Assembly (NCBI RefSeq): GCF_006345805.1
Contig: NW_021832761.1
Span: forward strand, 1-32,552
Length of the DNA: 32,552 bases
Direction: 5' to 3'
Source of the DNA: Octopus sinensis
Taxonomy: Eukaryota
Shown here: positions 32,539 to 32,552 of the stretch, piece after piece
Layout: the number at the start of each line of letters is the position of its first letter
How positions within the stretch are numbered: position 1 is the first letter of the stretch
Notes under the pieces: model-generated
Databases searched by the model: none
Told to the model about the DNA's origin: nothing
Seen by the model: the letters and a program-made list of their open reading frames with translations, nothing else
Program-made: the position numbers and the translations under genes

Positions 32539-32552
32539 TTCTTCTTCTTCTT
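32445..32552. repeat. Compound (GTC)n-(ATC)n-(TTC)n microsatellite
   Basis: Direct inspection; runs off the end of the window. Confidence 0.9.

Noticed and set aside
1-32552. Most ORFs in the track (poly-YI, CV, HT, MYVC)
   Set aside because: They are translations of dinucleotide and tetranucleotide microsatellites or SINE sequence, with no protein motifs.
1-32552. CRISPR array, prokaryotic operon or telomeric array
   Set aside because: Eukaryotic repeat landscape; repeated units are dispersed retroposons without regular spacers; no (TTAGGG)n array seen.

Overview
AT-rich eukaryotic intergenic or intronic DNA with no supportable host protein-coding exon. Almost every ORF in the track is a microsatellite artefact. 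The repeat families look like those I recall from Octopus (coleoid cephalopod) genomes; this assignment is inference and was not database-checked. The window is a mosaic of microsatellites and mobile elements. These include at least four tRNA-headed or RTE-type SINE-like families, three decayed LINE ORF2 fragments, two non-autonomous Helitrons with A|TC...CTAG|T ends, a mariner transposase pseudogene, a Tc1 end, four long foldback (MITE-like) elements and Penelope-like fragments. Main observations: (1) a 5S rRNA-derived head is fused to the 3' tail of the LINE at 3194-3980, giving a candidate SINE3 or 5S/LINE chimera. (2) The same tail is carried by the dominant tRNA-SINE, with compensatory changes in the terminal stem-loop, suggesting one LINE reverse transcriptase serves both Pol III type 1 and type 2 SINEs. 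(3) Three minimal hammerhead-ribozyme-like motifs are present. (4) An 84-bp inverted duplication has a double template-switch signature.
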